Shown here piece by piece: positions 1 to 8,844 of a stretch of DNA of 64,000 nucleotides. The DNA is taken from assembly GCA_934167495.1 (NCBI GenBank), contig CAKPKP010000001.1, forward strand, positions 48,904-112,903, given 5' to 3'. The notes under the pieces were generated by a model. It was not told the origin of the DNA. It saw only the letters and a program-made list of their open reading frames with translations, and made no database searches. Origin of the DNA: an uncultured Clostridia bacterium. GTDB lineage: Bacteria; Bacillota; Clostridia; TANB77; CAG-508. Position 1 is the stretch's first letter; each line of letters starts with the position of its first letter. The translations under genes and the position numbers were made by a program.

Positions 1-584
1 AATAATAAGAAGTGCATTTCATCAGGATTTATTATTATTTCTTTAAAAGCAGTGTTTCCAGAGTCTAATGATTTTTTTCCAGCTGATTTAATTGTTTCAA
101 TGTTTTTATAGTTCATAAATTCTTGTGTATTGTTAAAGTCTATAAACAATAAATTTTTATTGTCTATATTAGATGCATCTTTTAATATATCTTGAAGATT
201 TTTATTATCTCCTAATATAGCAGAGACTTCAGCAATATTTAGAAAATTAATTATATCATTTGAATGTAATTCTTTATCTATTGGTACAACAATTCCAATA
301 ATTGATGCAGCCATATAAGATATAGACCAGTTATAACTATTTTTTCCTATTACAGCAATTTTTTTACCTAAAAAGCCCATGTTTATAAGTTCAGTACCAA
401 GAGAAATAACATCTTCAACATATTCTAAATAAGTAACTTTTTTAATACTTCCATTTGAATCTTTTAACTCAAATGCAATATTAGAAGGGTATTTACTCAT
501 TGCATTAAATAGCATATCTTTTAAATTGGTAAAGTTATCTCTTGGAAAATATTTTTTTTCTAATTCTTCAGTTATTTTAGACAT
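1..584 (-). CDS. AMP-dependent synthetase/ligase (long-chain acyl-CoA synthetase-like), 5' part; continues beyond window start
   Basis: Minus-strand ORF not in the track. RBS GGAGG then ATG at 584. The translation starts MSKITEELEKKYF and runs through YLEYVEDVISLGTELINMGF to NPDEMHFLL, which is typical of the N-terminal region of AMP-binding acyl-CoA ligases just before the TSGTTG motif. Confidence 0.55.
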   Translation of the reverse strand, partial: MSKITEELEKKYFPRDNFTNLKDMLFNAMSKYPSNIAFELKDSNGSIKKVTYLEYVEDVISLGTELINMGFLGKKIAVIGKNSYNWSISYMAASIIGIVVPIDKELHSNDIINFLNIAEVSAILGDNKNLQDILKDASNIDNKNLLFIDFNNTQEFMNYKNIETIKSAGKKSLDSGNTAFKEIIINPDEMHFLL

Positions 585-599
585 ATAAAACCTCCATAT

Positions 600-1385
600 C
601 TATATTTTTTCAAGAACGAAATTTGTATTTTGAGTTTCAGTTATACTTCCATCATAAATAGAAGAAGTATTATTTTTTAAATTTATAGGAATGATTATGT
701 TAGTTGTAAAGGTTTCGTTAAGGTTATTTACAACATTTACATTAAAACTAATATTTGCAGAGATTGAATTTAGTGGAATATTAGCTCTTTTTAACAAAGT
801 TCCATTGTATGTAATTGAGTTTTCATTATCTAATAGTAAAAAATTTGTTACTATATTATTATTTACGTAAGTTAAAGTTATAGGGTTTGAACAATCTGTG
901 TAAAAGGCAGGGGAGTCATAATTGTTTTCACCATTAGAATAAATTTGAAACTCAACATCATTATTTATAATGTTTTCTTTTGAAAATTTATCTAATCCAA
1001 AATCTGAATATTTTTTATAATAAATTGATGGTGTACCATTTTGTGGAATTTGAGTAAAATTTATATTATCAATAAAAAGTGTTTTTACAGTGTTTTCTTG
1101 TGAAAGTTCATTACTTGAAACTTTATTATTTAAATATATTGCTATATCTGTAAATTGATAAATATCTAAATCCCAGTATGCTTTTTGGTATGTGTTATTA
1201 TTTTTTATTGCTGATGCACTACTATATAAAACGATTTTATCTATTGAAAATATAGTTTTGGATTGAATGTTTTTTTCTGCATTTGATTTTTTTATTAATT
1301 TTACTGCTAAAAATATAATTGTTAATGAGATTATTAAAATTGCAGTAATTAGCAATAATTTAAAGGTTTTTGTTTTATGAAACAT
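600..1385 (-). CDS. hypothetical membrane-anchored protein (N-terminal TM, Asn/Ser/Thr-rich ectodomain)
   Basis: ORF track 600..1445. Start refined to the ATG at 1385 (MFHKTK), which is preceded by GGAGGA. One N-terminal TM helix. Likely co-transcribed with the downstream ligase gene. Confidence 0.45.
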   Translation of the reverse strand: MFHKTKTFKLLLITAILIISLTIIFLAVKLIKKSNAEKNIQSKTIFSIDKIVLYSSASAIKNNNTYQKAYWDLDIYQFTDIAIYLNNKVSSNELSQENTVKTLFIDNINFTQIPQNGTPSIYYKKYSDFGLDKFSKENIINNDVEFQIYSNGENNYDSPAFYTDCSNPITLTYVNNNIVTNFLLLDNENSITYNGTLLKRANIPLNSISANISFNVNVVNNLNETFTTNIIIPINLKNNTSSIYDGSITETQNTNFVLEKI

Positions 1386-1522
1386 AAATCCTCCATAATA
1401 AATATTATAATATATAAATATATTACAATATTTGCCTGAAAGCAATATAAAAATTAAAAAAAGTTTCGTTTAAAATTGACAAAAAATCGTATTAATATTA
1501 AAATATAATTAGGTGATTACGA

Positions 1523-2521
1523 ATGAGAACTTTTGTTGATGATATAAAAACTCAAAATGGAGTGGTATTATCTGTAGTTATGATATCAATTTGCATTATG
1601 TGTTTAATTTTTATGCTTATTTTTTCAAATACAACTTTTGCTGCAAACAATAAAAATGAAGTAAGCAATATGAATATAGAATTTAAAGAAAATAGTAATA
1701 TATTTAATATTGAAGAGATTTTAAATAGCAATAAATTAAATGTAAAAAGAGAAGAGTATTATATAGAAGAAAAAGAGATGGAATATATTACTTTATATGA
1801 AAAAACAGATACACTTCCTAAGGATGAGATTCAAATATATAAAGAAGGACAACTTGGTGTTCAAGAGAATATATATCTAAAAAAATATGAGCAAAATGAA
1901 CTTGTAAGTGAAGAACTTATAGCAAAAGGTGTAAAAAAAGCTCCTACTAGTAAAATTGTGTATGTAGGAACATATGTAGAGCCAGTAGTTGAAGAAGAAC
2001 CCGCAGAAACTCCTGTTGCTACAAGCTCAGATATAACTTTTGAAATGGATTTGAATAAACCTAGTGGATTAACATTAGAACAATTTAAGAAGGTTTTGTC
2101 AAACATTGAAAACGATACAAATAATATTTTTGAAGATAATGCAGAGTATTTTTATTATGTAGAGAAACAATATAATATAAATGGAATATTCTTAGCTGCT
2201 TTAGGAATACACGAGAGTGGATGGGGAAAATCACAAATATCATTAAATAAGAAGAATTTATTTGGATATGGTGCAAATGATAGTAATCCATATAATAATG
2301 CTTATGAATTTGACGAATATGAAGAAGGAATTGATTTAATTGCAAGAGTATTGGTAAAATACTATATTAATGAACCAGGTACTCCTATATATGAAGGAAA
2401 TGCAGTTGGTACATATTATAATGGTTCAAATTTGGAGGGAATAAATGTAAGATATTCAAGTGATGATAATTGGGGTAATGCAGTTTTCAAATGGATGGAT
2501 TATTTATACGGAAGGTTGTAG
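1523..2521 (+). CDS. peptidoglycan hydrolase with G5-like region and mannosyl-glycoprotein endo-beta-N-acetylglucosaminidase domain
   Basis: N-terminal TM/signal. KIVYVGTY resembles a G5 domain. The C-terminus GIFLAALGIHESGWGKS...NLFGYGA...YEEGIDLIARVL matches the glucosaminidase (FlgJ/autolysin) domain. Confidence 0.7.
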   Translation: MRTFVDDIKTQNGVVLSVVMISICIMCLIFMLIFSNTTFAANNKNEVSNMNIEFKENSNIFNIEEILNSNKLNVKREEYYIEEKEMEYITLYEKTDTLPKDEIQIYKEGQLGVQENIYLKKYEQNELVSEELIAKGVKKAPTSKIVYVGTYVEPVVEEEPAETPVATSSDITFEMDLNKPSGLTLEQFKKVLSNIENDTNNIFEDNAEYFYYVEKQYNINGIFLAALGIHESGWGKSQISLNKKNLFGYGANDSNPYNNAYEFDEYEEGIDLIARVLVKYYINEPGTPIYEGNAVGTYYNGSNLEGINVRYSSDDNWGNAVFKWMDYLYGRL

Positions 2522-2631
2522 ATTTTTAAATAATTTATAAATTTATGTTGATATTTTTTAAATATTATTGTATTATATTATAGTACTATAATTGGTAAAA
2601 TAATGGAAAAATGAAGGAGGCTAGAACGATA

Positions 2632-3060
2632 ATGAAAAAAGTACTAATAGCCATTTTATGTATATCAGTATTAATATTTGTACCAACAGTAGCTTTAGCT
2701 CAAAATACTAATACGAATACAAATACAGAAAATATAAAATTATCAAACACTACTCCAGAAGGGGAATTAGTTGAAATACAAGAAAAATCAAGAAGCAAAA
2801 TAGCAGAATACGAAGAATTGTATGGTTCTAAATCATATGGAGTAACAGCGTACATATTAAATGGAATAAGAATATATAGCATACCACTTTGCTTTATAGG
2901 TATAGCTGTTGGAGCAATATATCAATATGTTTTAGGTATAAGAAAATTAGATGTTAGAGACAAAGGATTAAATTTAATAGTAACTTTTGTAACAATACTT
3001 GTAATATGTCAAGTTTTACCACTTGTATTTACGGTTGTAGTTAAAAGTTGGAGGGGGTAA
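2632..3060 (+). CDS. hypothetical secreted/membrane protein (signal peptide plus C-terminal TM)
   Basis: ORF track 2611..3060. AAGGAGG RBS before the ATG at 2632 (MKKVLIAILCISVL...). Translationally coupled to the next gene (stop at 3060, next ATG at 3064). Confidence 0.45.
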   Translation: MKKVLIAILCISVLIFVPTVALAQNTNTNTNTENIKLSNTTPEGELVEIQEKSRSKIAEYEELYGSKSYGVTAYILNGIRIYSIPLCFIGIAVGAIYQYVLGIRKLDVRDKGLNLIVTFVTILVICQVLPLVFTVVVKSWRG

Positions 3061-3063
3061 CTA

Positions 3064-5712
3064 ATGAAAGTTTTGTTTGCGGTAAGTGACGAGAAAATAT
3101 CAGATGCAATCATAAAACAATATCAAAAAGAATATAGAGAGATAATATCATATAAGAATGTATATTATTTTAATGCAATATTAAAGGAGTTACAAAAGGA
3201 TAAAACTTATGACAGAATAGTTATAAGCGAGGATTTGGAACCTTTTGCAAACAATAATTATGATTCTATAGATAAATTTATTTTTGAGAAATTAGATAGT
3301 ATCAGTGATGAGGCTTTAGATAGTAATGGACAAGATACGTCTATTATTTTAATTTGTACAGATAGAAGAACTAAAGCAAGCAATATATTAGTAAAATTAT
3401 TTGGAATAGGTTTATATAATGCAATTATAGGAAAAGATAGAAGCATAGAAGAAGTATGTGCATTAATAAATAGACCAAGAACTAAAAAAGAAGCAAAAGA
3501 GTATTATAAAATTGATGTAGATGATGTTAACTATCAATCAGAAGACAGTAGTGAAGTTAATGAATTAGAATTACAAAATATTTTAGCTCATTATAAAAGA
3601 TTAGGAAAAAATACAGATAGATATACTGATAGTTTTAATAATATAGCATCACAATATAATGATGCACAATTAAGAATAATAATTAATTGTTTACCAATAG
3701 GAGTAAAAGCTGTACTAGAGGCTGAATCTCCAAAGTATCAAGAACTTATGGCTTTTTCTAATAATAATTCTAATACTGGTAAGAAAAAGGCAAAGGTTGA
3801 ACAAAGACAACCTAAGGTTAAGCAAAAAGAACCAGAGTCTATAAAAGTTGATATGCTAGAGAGCAATCAAAGAATGGATAAACCAGTAGTAATACCGGGT
3901 GTTATAAATACGTCTAAGGTAAGAAGCGTAAAGAAAACAGCTAATATAGAGCAAGATGATGAAGAAGATTTCAGACCAATAAAAAATAGCAAGTTAAATA
4001 AAAAAGTAAAATTTGCTGAAATAGATGATGACGATGAAGATGACGAGGATGAAATTCCTCAAAGAAAGGTTAGTAAACCAATTCAAAAAACAAATAAATA
4101 TGAAGAAGAGGATGACGAAGAAGAGATTGATCCTTTTGAAGATTTAGATGATATAGAAGAAATCAAAGAAGAAAAAACAGAACCAGTAAAAAAAGGAAGA
4201 GGAAGACCTAAAAAAGTTGTAGAAACTGTGCAAGAAGAGGTTAAACCTAAAGGAAAAAGAGGAAGACCTAAGAAAAATGCAGAACCAGAAGAAGAGGTTG
4301 CACTTCCTGGATTTGAAGATTATGATGATGATGAAAATGAAGAAGAAGTTTTATTACCAGGAATGGAAGATGATGATGAAGACGACGAATATATAGCTAA
4401 ACCAGCAAAAAAGGTAATTAAATCAAATAAACCTAAATATGATGAGGATGAAGAAGAAGACGATGACGAAGAAGAATCTACATTACCAGGAATGTTTGAT
4501 GACGATGATGATGACGAAGAGGATGAATATGAATTACCTAAAAAGAAACCAGTAAAACCTACTAGAAAAGCTATTGTTGAGGATGACGACGAAGAGGAAG
4601 AAGAAAGTGAAACAATGTTACCTGGAATGGGATTTGAGGATGATGAAGAAGAGAATGACGAAGAAGATGATGAAATATTTAATAAGAGACCTCAAATTAG
4701 AAATTCAAATCCTGTAAAAGCTAAAGGTATAGCAAAAAAATCTTATGATTACGAAGATGAGGAAGAATATGAAGAAGATGACGATGAACCTTCTAATCAA
4801 ATAGAATCAGTAAAACCAAGAGCTGATTATTCAATGTCAAATCTAAATAGTGTACTTACAAAAGATAAGAAAATAGTAGCTTTTGTAGGAACAACTAAGA
4901 ATGGAACATCTTTCTTGGTAAACAATTTAGCTTCATTATTCTCATCAATAGGAGTAAAAACAGCTTTACTAGATATGACAAAAAATAGAAATTCTTATTA
5001 TATATATACAAAAAATGAAGAAAACCTTAGAAAAATAGCTTTTAATTCAATTGAAAAATTGCAGAATGGTTTTGCTGAAGGAATAAAAGCAGAAAAGAAT
5101 TTAACTGTATATACATCTTTACCAAATGATAATAAAGATTATTCAAATGCAGAAGAAATTCTATCTACATTAGCACAAAATTATTCATTAATATTAATTG
5201 ATTGTGATTTTGATACAGATGCAACATACTTTGCAAATTGTCAAGAAATATATTTAGTACAATCAATGGATATATTAACAATTCAACCATTAACAGCATT
5301 TTTAAGAGAATTAAAAACAAAAGGCGTATTAGATGAAGAAAAATTAAAAGTAGTAATTAACAAAGAAATAAGAGTTAGAAGTTTAACTGCTAAAACTATA
5401 ATTGGAGGAATGTCTTTCTATAATGACCCTGCAATGTCATTTATGACAGAGTTATTTAATAAAGACAAAGTAAAATTCTGTTCAATTCCATTTGAAGATG
5501 ATGTGTATTCAAAATATCTTGAAACACTAGTAAATTGTAATATTTCAATAAGTAAATATTCAAAGAACTTCCAAAAGAAATTGAAATTATTAGGCGAAAT
5601 GGTGTATCCATCATTAAACAAAACATATACACCAAGTTCACCAGATTATAGTAGAAGTAGCTTTTCAAAAAACATGAATAACACATTAAACCAAATGAAG
5701 AATAGATATTAA
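3064..5712 (+). CDS. large protein: N-terminal receiver-like domain, ~480-aa poly-acidic linker with LPGM repeats and two GRGRPKK AT-hooks, C-terminal degenerate MinD/ParA-like ATPase fold
   Basis: GGAGGG RBS. N-terminus MKVLFAVSDEK... is CheY-like. The LPG[MF](E/F)DDDxD motif occurs 6 times, with RGRP AT-hooks. The C-terminus KKIVAFVGTTKNGTSF...LLDMTK...LILIDCDFD has a ParA/MinD topology with a non-canonical P-loop. The architecture is reminiscent of TadZ/CpaE, but no tad genes are nearby. Confidence 0.6.
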   Translation: MKVLFAVSDEKISDAIIKQYQKEYREIISYKNVYYFNAILKELQKDKTYDRIVISEDLEPFANNNYDSIDKFIFEKLDSISDEALDSNGQDTSIILICTDRRTKASNILVKLFGIGLYNAIIGKDRSIEEVCALINRPRTKKEAKEYYKIDVDDVNYQSEDSSEVNELELQNILAHYKRLGKNTDRYTDSFNNIASQYNDAQLRIIINCLPIGVKAVLEAESPKYQELMAFSNNNSNTGKKKAKVEQRQPKVKQKEPESIKVDMLESNQRMDKPVVIPGVINTSKVRSVKKTANIEQDDEEDFRPIKNSKLNKKVKFAEIDDDDEDDEDEIPQRKVSKPIQKTNKYEEEDDEEEIDPFEDLDDIEEIKEEKTEPVKKGRGRPKKVVETVQEEVKPKGKRGRPKKNAEPEEEVALPGFEDYDDDENEEEVLLPGMEDDDEDDEYIAKPAKKVIKSNKPKYDEDEEEDDDEEESTLPGMFDDDDDDEEDEYELPKKKPVKPTRKAIVEDDDEEEEESETMLPGMGFEDDEEENDEEDDEIFNKRPQIRNSNPVKAKGIAKKSYDYEDEEEYEEDDDEPSNQIESVKPRADYSMSNLNSVLTKDKKIVAFVGTTKNGTSFLVNNLASLFSSIGVKTALLDMTKNRNSYYIYTKNEENLRKIAFNSIEKLQNGFAEGIKAEKNLTVYTSLPNDNKDYSNAEEILSTLAQNYSLILIDCDFDTDATYFANCQEIYLVQSMDILTIQPLTAFLRELKTKGVLDEEKLKVVINKEIRVRSLTAKTIIGGMSFYNDPAMSFMTELFNKDKVKFCSIPFEDDVYSKYLETLVNCNISISKYSKNFQKKLKLLGEMVYPSLNKTYTPSSPDYSRSSFSKNMNNTLNQMKNRY

Positions 5713-5732
5713 AATTATGATAAAGATAAGAG

Positions 5733-6884
5733 GTGAACATTGTGGTAGCACTAATAATAGCCATTTTAGTAATATCAATCGTAGTATTAGTTGTATATAA
5801 TTTATCAATTTCAAGAAAATTGACATCTTGGAAGAATTTTAAAGATAAACTTGTAAATAATATAGAAGTAGTACAAGACTTCATTACTACGATTGGTGAT
5901 GGAGAGCCAACAGACGAAAAACTTAGAAGAATAAATGAAGTAGTAATAGAAAAATATAATATTAAATATTCTACAATAGTTGTTTTTAATGGTGCTGAAT
6001 ATGTTATTAAGGCTTCCAATGTTGACCGTAAACATTATGATGCATTAACAAATTTACATACAGAAGAGTTATTTCAAGATAGTGTTGCAAGTGCAATACC
6101 TAAGTATGTAACAATAGAAAAAGAAGGAGAAAAACTACCTTATCAAAAAACTGAGTTCGGTAGAGCTAAATCAGCAATGTTTTTCCCTTTATACATTGAT
6201 AATGTTTATATAGGATATTGGATTCTTGAAAGTGGAAAGATGCATGCTTTTGATGATTTAGATACAACTGTTATAGAAGGCATAAAAGATAATATTATTT
6301 CAACATTAAAAGCTATTTCATATCAAGATACAATAGAAAACATAGTAAGAAAAGATTTGTTCACAGGTCTTAATTCAGCCGAATATCTTTATGGACAAGC
6401 TAAAAACATTATAGATTCTCAAACTTCATCTGCTGTATGTATGTTTAGAATTACAAATATTGAGAAAATAAATGAAACAATAAGCAGAAATATGGGAAAT
6501 CAAATAATTATTGAAACAAGTAATGCTGTAAAAGAAAAAATGTATTCAAAATATATTTTTGTTAGATACATGGGACCTAAATTTGCAATTGTATTTACTG
6601 GTGTAGAAGTAAATTCTTTAGATGAGTTTTTAGAAGATTTGAAAGAAGAAATTGAATCAATAGTTCTTGAAGAAGAAATAGAAGAACCAGAAGAAAGCAA
6701 GAAAAAATCATCTAAAGCTACAACAAAGAAGAAAGTAAAGAAGAATACAAGAGTTGCAAGCCCAAAAGTAAATTTTGTTGTAACAACATATTATAAAGGA
6801 ACACCAATAGAAAATGTTACTAAAAAACTAGAAGAATATCTAGATAATGCTCCAAAGAGCGAAAATCAAATAAATTATATTTAA
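5733..6884 (+). CDS. membrane-anchored protein with degenerate GGDEF-like domain and Lys-rich tail
   Basis: N-terminal TM. DLFTGLNS...FRITNIEKIN...GPKFAIVFTG is laid out like a diguanylate cyclase, but the GGDEF motif is replaced. GTG start at 5733 or 5742. Confidence 0.45.
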   Translation: MNIVVALIIAILVISIVVLVVYNLSISRKLTSWKNFKDKLVNNIEVVQDFITTIGDGEPTDEKLRRINEVVIEKYNIKYSTIVVFNGAEYVIKASNVDRKHYDALTNLHTEELFQDSVASAIPKYVTIEKEGEKLPYQKTEFGRAKSAMFFPLYIDNVYIGYWILESGKMHAFDDLDTTVIEGIKDNIISTLKAISYQDTIENIVRKDLFTGLNSAEYLYGQAKNIIDSQTSSAVCMFRITNIEKINETISRNMGNQIIIETSNAVKEKMYSKYIFVRYMGPKFAIVFTGVEVNSLDEFLEDLKEEIESIVLEEEIEEPEESKKKSSKATTKKKVKKNTRVASPKVNFVVTTYYKGTPIENVTKKLEEYLDNAPKSENQINYI

Positions 6885-6896
6885 AAGGAGGTAATT

Positions 6897-7151
6897 ATGG
6901 CTATAGATAAAACAATGAGCTTTAAAGTAGAAAGGGACAAAAACGTAAGGGCAAAGGAAATTTTGAAAGAGGTATATCAAGCTTTAGTAGAAAAGGGATA
7001 TAATCCAATAAATCAAATAGTTGGATATATATTATCAGGAGATCCAACTTATATTACAAGCCATAATGATGCTAGAAATTTAATTAGACTTATAGAAAGA
7101 GATGAGCTTTTAGAAAAAATGGTAAAATATTACATAGGATTGGAAGAGTAA
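6897..7151 (+). CDS. ireB: UPF0297/IreB family protein
   Basis: 84 aa. Conserved position immediately upstream of ruvX. Sequence: [12 protein letters not shown]...[32 protein letters not shown]. Confidence 0.8.
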   Translation: MAIDKTMSFKVERDKNVRAKEILKEVYQALVEKGYNPINQIVGYILSGDPTYITSHNDARNLIRLIERDELLEKMVKYYIGLEE

Positions 7152-7154
7152 TAA

Positions 7155-7574
7155 ATGAGAACTTTAGGAATTGACTATGGAGATGCAAGAGTTGGAATAG
7201 CAATATCTGATGCTTTAGGAATAACAGCTCAAGGTTTGGAAACAATAAGTTATAATGGAAATGATAAAATTCTTTTAAGGCGCTTAGATGAAATAATAAC
7301 AGAATACAATGTTTCTAAAATAATTGTTGGAATGCCACTTAATATGAATGGAACAAAAACAATAAGAGCAGAAGTTACAGAAAAGTTTATTCACAAACTT
7401 AAATGCAAATACAATAAAATTGAAATTGAAACTGTTGATGAAAGATTAACAACAGTTGAAGCTCACAAAACTATGAATTTTTTAGATATAAATAAAACAA
7501 AGAAAAAAGGTTTAGTAGATACTATATCTGCTGTATATATATTAGAAACCTATTTAAACAAAACAAGTCATTAG
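7155..7574 (+). CDS. ruvX: putative pre-16S rRNA nuclease / Holliday junction resolvase-like RuvX (YqgF)
   Basis: MRTLGIDYGDARVGIAISD... is the canonical YqgF N-terminus. 139 aa. Confidence 0.9.
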   Translation: MRTLGIDYGDARVGIAISDALGITAQGLETISYNGNDKILLRRLDEIITEYNVSKIIVGMPLNMNGTKTIRAEVTEKFIHKLKCKYNKIEIETVDERLTTVEAHKTMNFLDINKTKKKGLVDTISAVYILETYLNKTSH

Positions 7575-7623
7575 TATTGTAGAAATACAATTTTATATAA
7601 ATTTTGAAAGGAGAATATTAAAA

Positions 7624-7950
7624 ATGAACGATGACGAAAATGTAATGAACTCAGGAGAAGAATTAGATAATATAATTATATTAAATGATGAGGATGGAAA
7701 TGAAGTTCAATTCGAATTCTTAGATTTAGTTGAATTAGATTCTGAAGAATATGTTATATTATTACCAGTAGCATCAGAAGACGATGAAGATGCTGATGGA
7801 GAAGTTGTTATATTAAAAGTTGAGGATTCTGAATCAGAAGAAGAAGAATCTTATGTAAGCGTTGATGATGAAGAAGTTTTAAATAAAGTATTTGAAATAT
7901 TCAAAGAAAAATTTAAAGATGAATTCAACTTCGTAGACGGAGAAGAATAA
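7624..7950 (+). CDS. DUF1292 (UPF0473) acidic protein
   Basis: Very acidic 108-aa protein in the conserved ireB-ruvX-DUF1292 context. Confidence 0.75.
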   Translation: MNDDENVMNSGEELDNIIILNDEDGNEVQFEFLDLVELDSEEYVILLPVASEDDEDADGEVVILKVEDSESEEEESYVSVDDEEVLNKVFEIFKEKFKDEFNFVDGEE

Positions 7951-7957
7951 TTTTTTA

Positions 7958-8003
7958 ATAAGGCGTTTTAAATGAAATATCATTAATTGCGCCTTATTTT
8001 TAT
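7958..8003 (+). terminator. hairpin (AATAAGGCG...CGCCTTATT) plus T-run after the DUF1292 gene
   Basis: Inverted repeat followed by TTTTAT. Also forms the left end of a copy of the intergenic repeat family. Confidence 0.45.
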
Positions 8004-8090
8004 ATAATAGGAAATTTCTCTGAATTTCCTATTATATAAATACAGTGTAAATAAAATTTTACAAAAGATTTTTAGAAAGAAGGAGTTAAA

Positions 8091-8561
8091 ATGGCTAGTT
8101 TATTCAGTTATTTACTTACAATATTTGCAGTGTTTTTTTGGATTTTTAGGGTTATTGTATCTCTTGCATATTCATTATCTTGGGACTTTGCATTTCAACC
8201 GATAAATCCACAATTAGAAATAGTAGTGCTATTTGCAACATTGCCATGTTTATTTTTAGTGGTAAAAAGAAATCTAATAGGTGCGACTGTTTATTTAGGA
8301 ATGTATGTAGCATATTTTGGAACAGAATTATTTAATATAATTACTGGAATTATAAATGGTCAAAATGGTATGGGAAGTTTCATGAATGCATTAGTAATTT
8401 TTATAGGTATATTAATTCCACTTTTATTATTTTTTGATATATTATTAAATAAAGATAGAACAGCTGGACGTAAAGATAAAAAAACAGATTGGTTTTATAC
8501 AAATAAAGATTATGATAGAGAATTTGATGAGAGAGCTGATAGAAATCAATATAGAACATAA
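8091..8561 (+). CDS. hypothetical polytopic membrane protein with charged C-terminal tail
   Basis: 4 predicted TM helices. No recognisable motif. Confidence 0.45.
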   Translation: MASLFSYLLTIFAVFFWIFRVIVSLAYSLSWDFAFQPINPQLEIVVLFATLPCLFLVVKRNLIGATVYLGMYVAYFGTELFNIITGIINGQNGMGSFMNALVIFIGILIPLLLFFDILLNKDRTAGRKDKKTDWFYTNKDYDREFDERADRNQYRT

Positions 8562-8844
8562 ATAGAAACAGATGATTATAAATGCATTGGATTTAATTTC
8601 TATTATAGAGAATTTATTGCATTGATAATTATCTGTTTTTACGTTATAATCTATGTAAAAAGGAACAGAAGTGGAAAAATATAATGATAGATAGTAAATT
8701 TAATTAAAATTAATAAAAAAATTAAAAAAAAATGAAACAAAATGGTGTTTTAATTGTATCTATATATAGAGAATATTTTTATATAATATAATTATTTGTC
8801 AAAAAATATTATATAAAAGTATTTAATAGTTTAAGGAGGAGCAA

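Noticed and set aside
1861-2345. Antisense short ORFs 1861-2106(-) and 2085-2345(-) in the track
   Set aside because: They lie entirely inside the glucosaminidase gene on the opposite strand. Their composition is low-complexity AT-rich, and they have no RBS. These are typical spurious ORFs of AT-rich DNA. The same applies to most other 60-120 aa antisense ORFs in the track, e.g. 13163-13456, 18281-18517, 33561-33990, 45742-46088 and 56146-56508.
3064-5712. Calling the 882-aa protein TadZ/CpaE of a Flp pilus locus
   Set aside because: No cpaF/tadA, tadB/C, prepilin or prepilin peptidase genes are in the vicinity. Only the domain architecture is similar.
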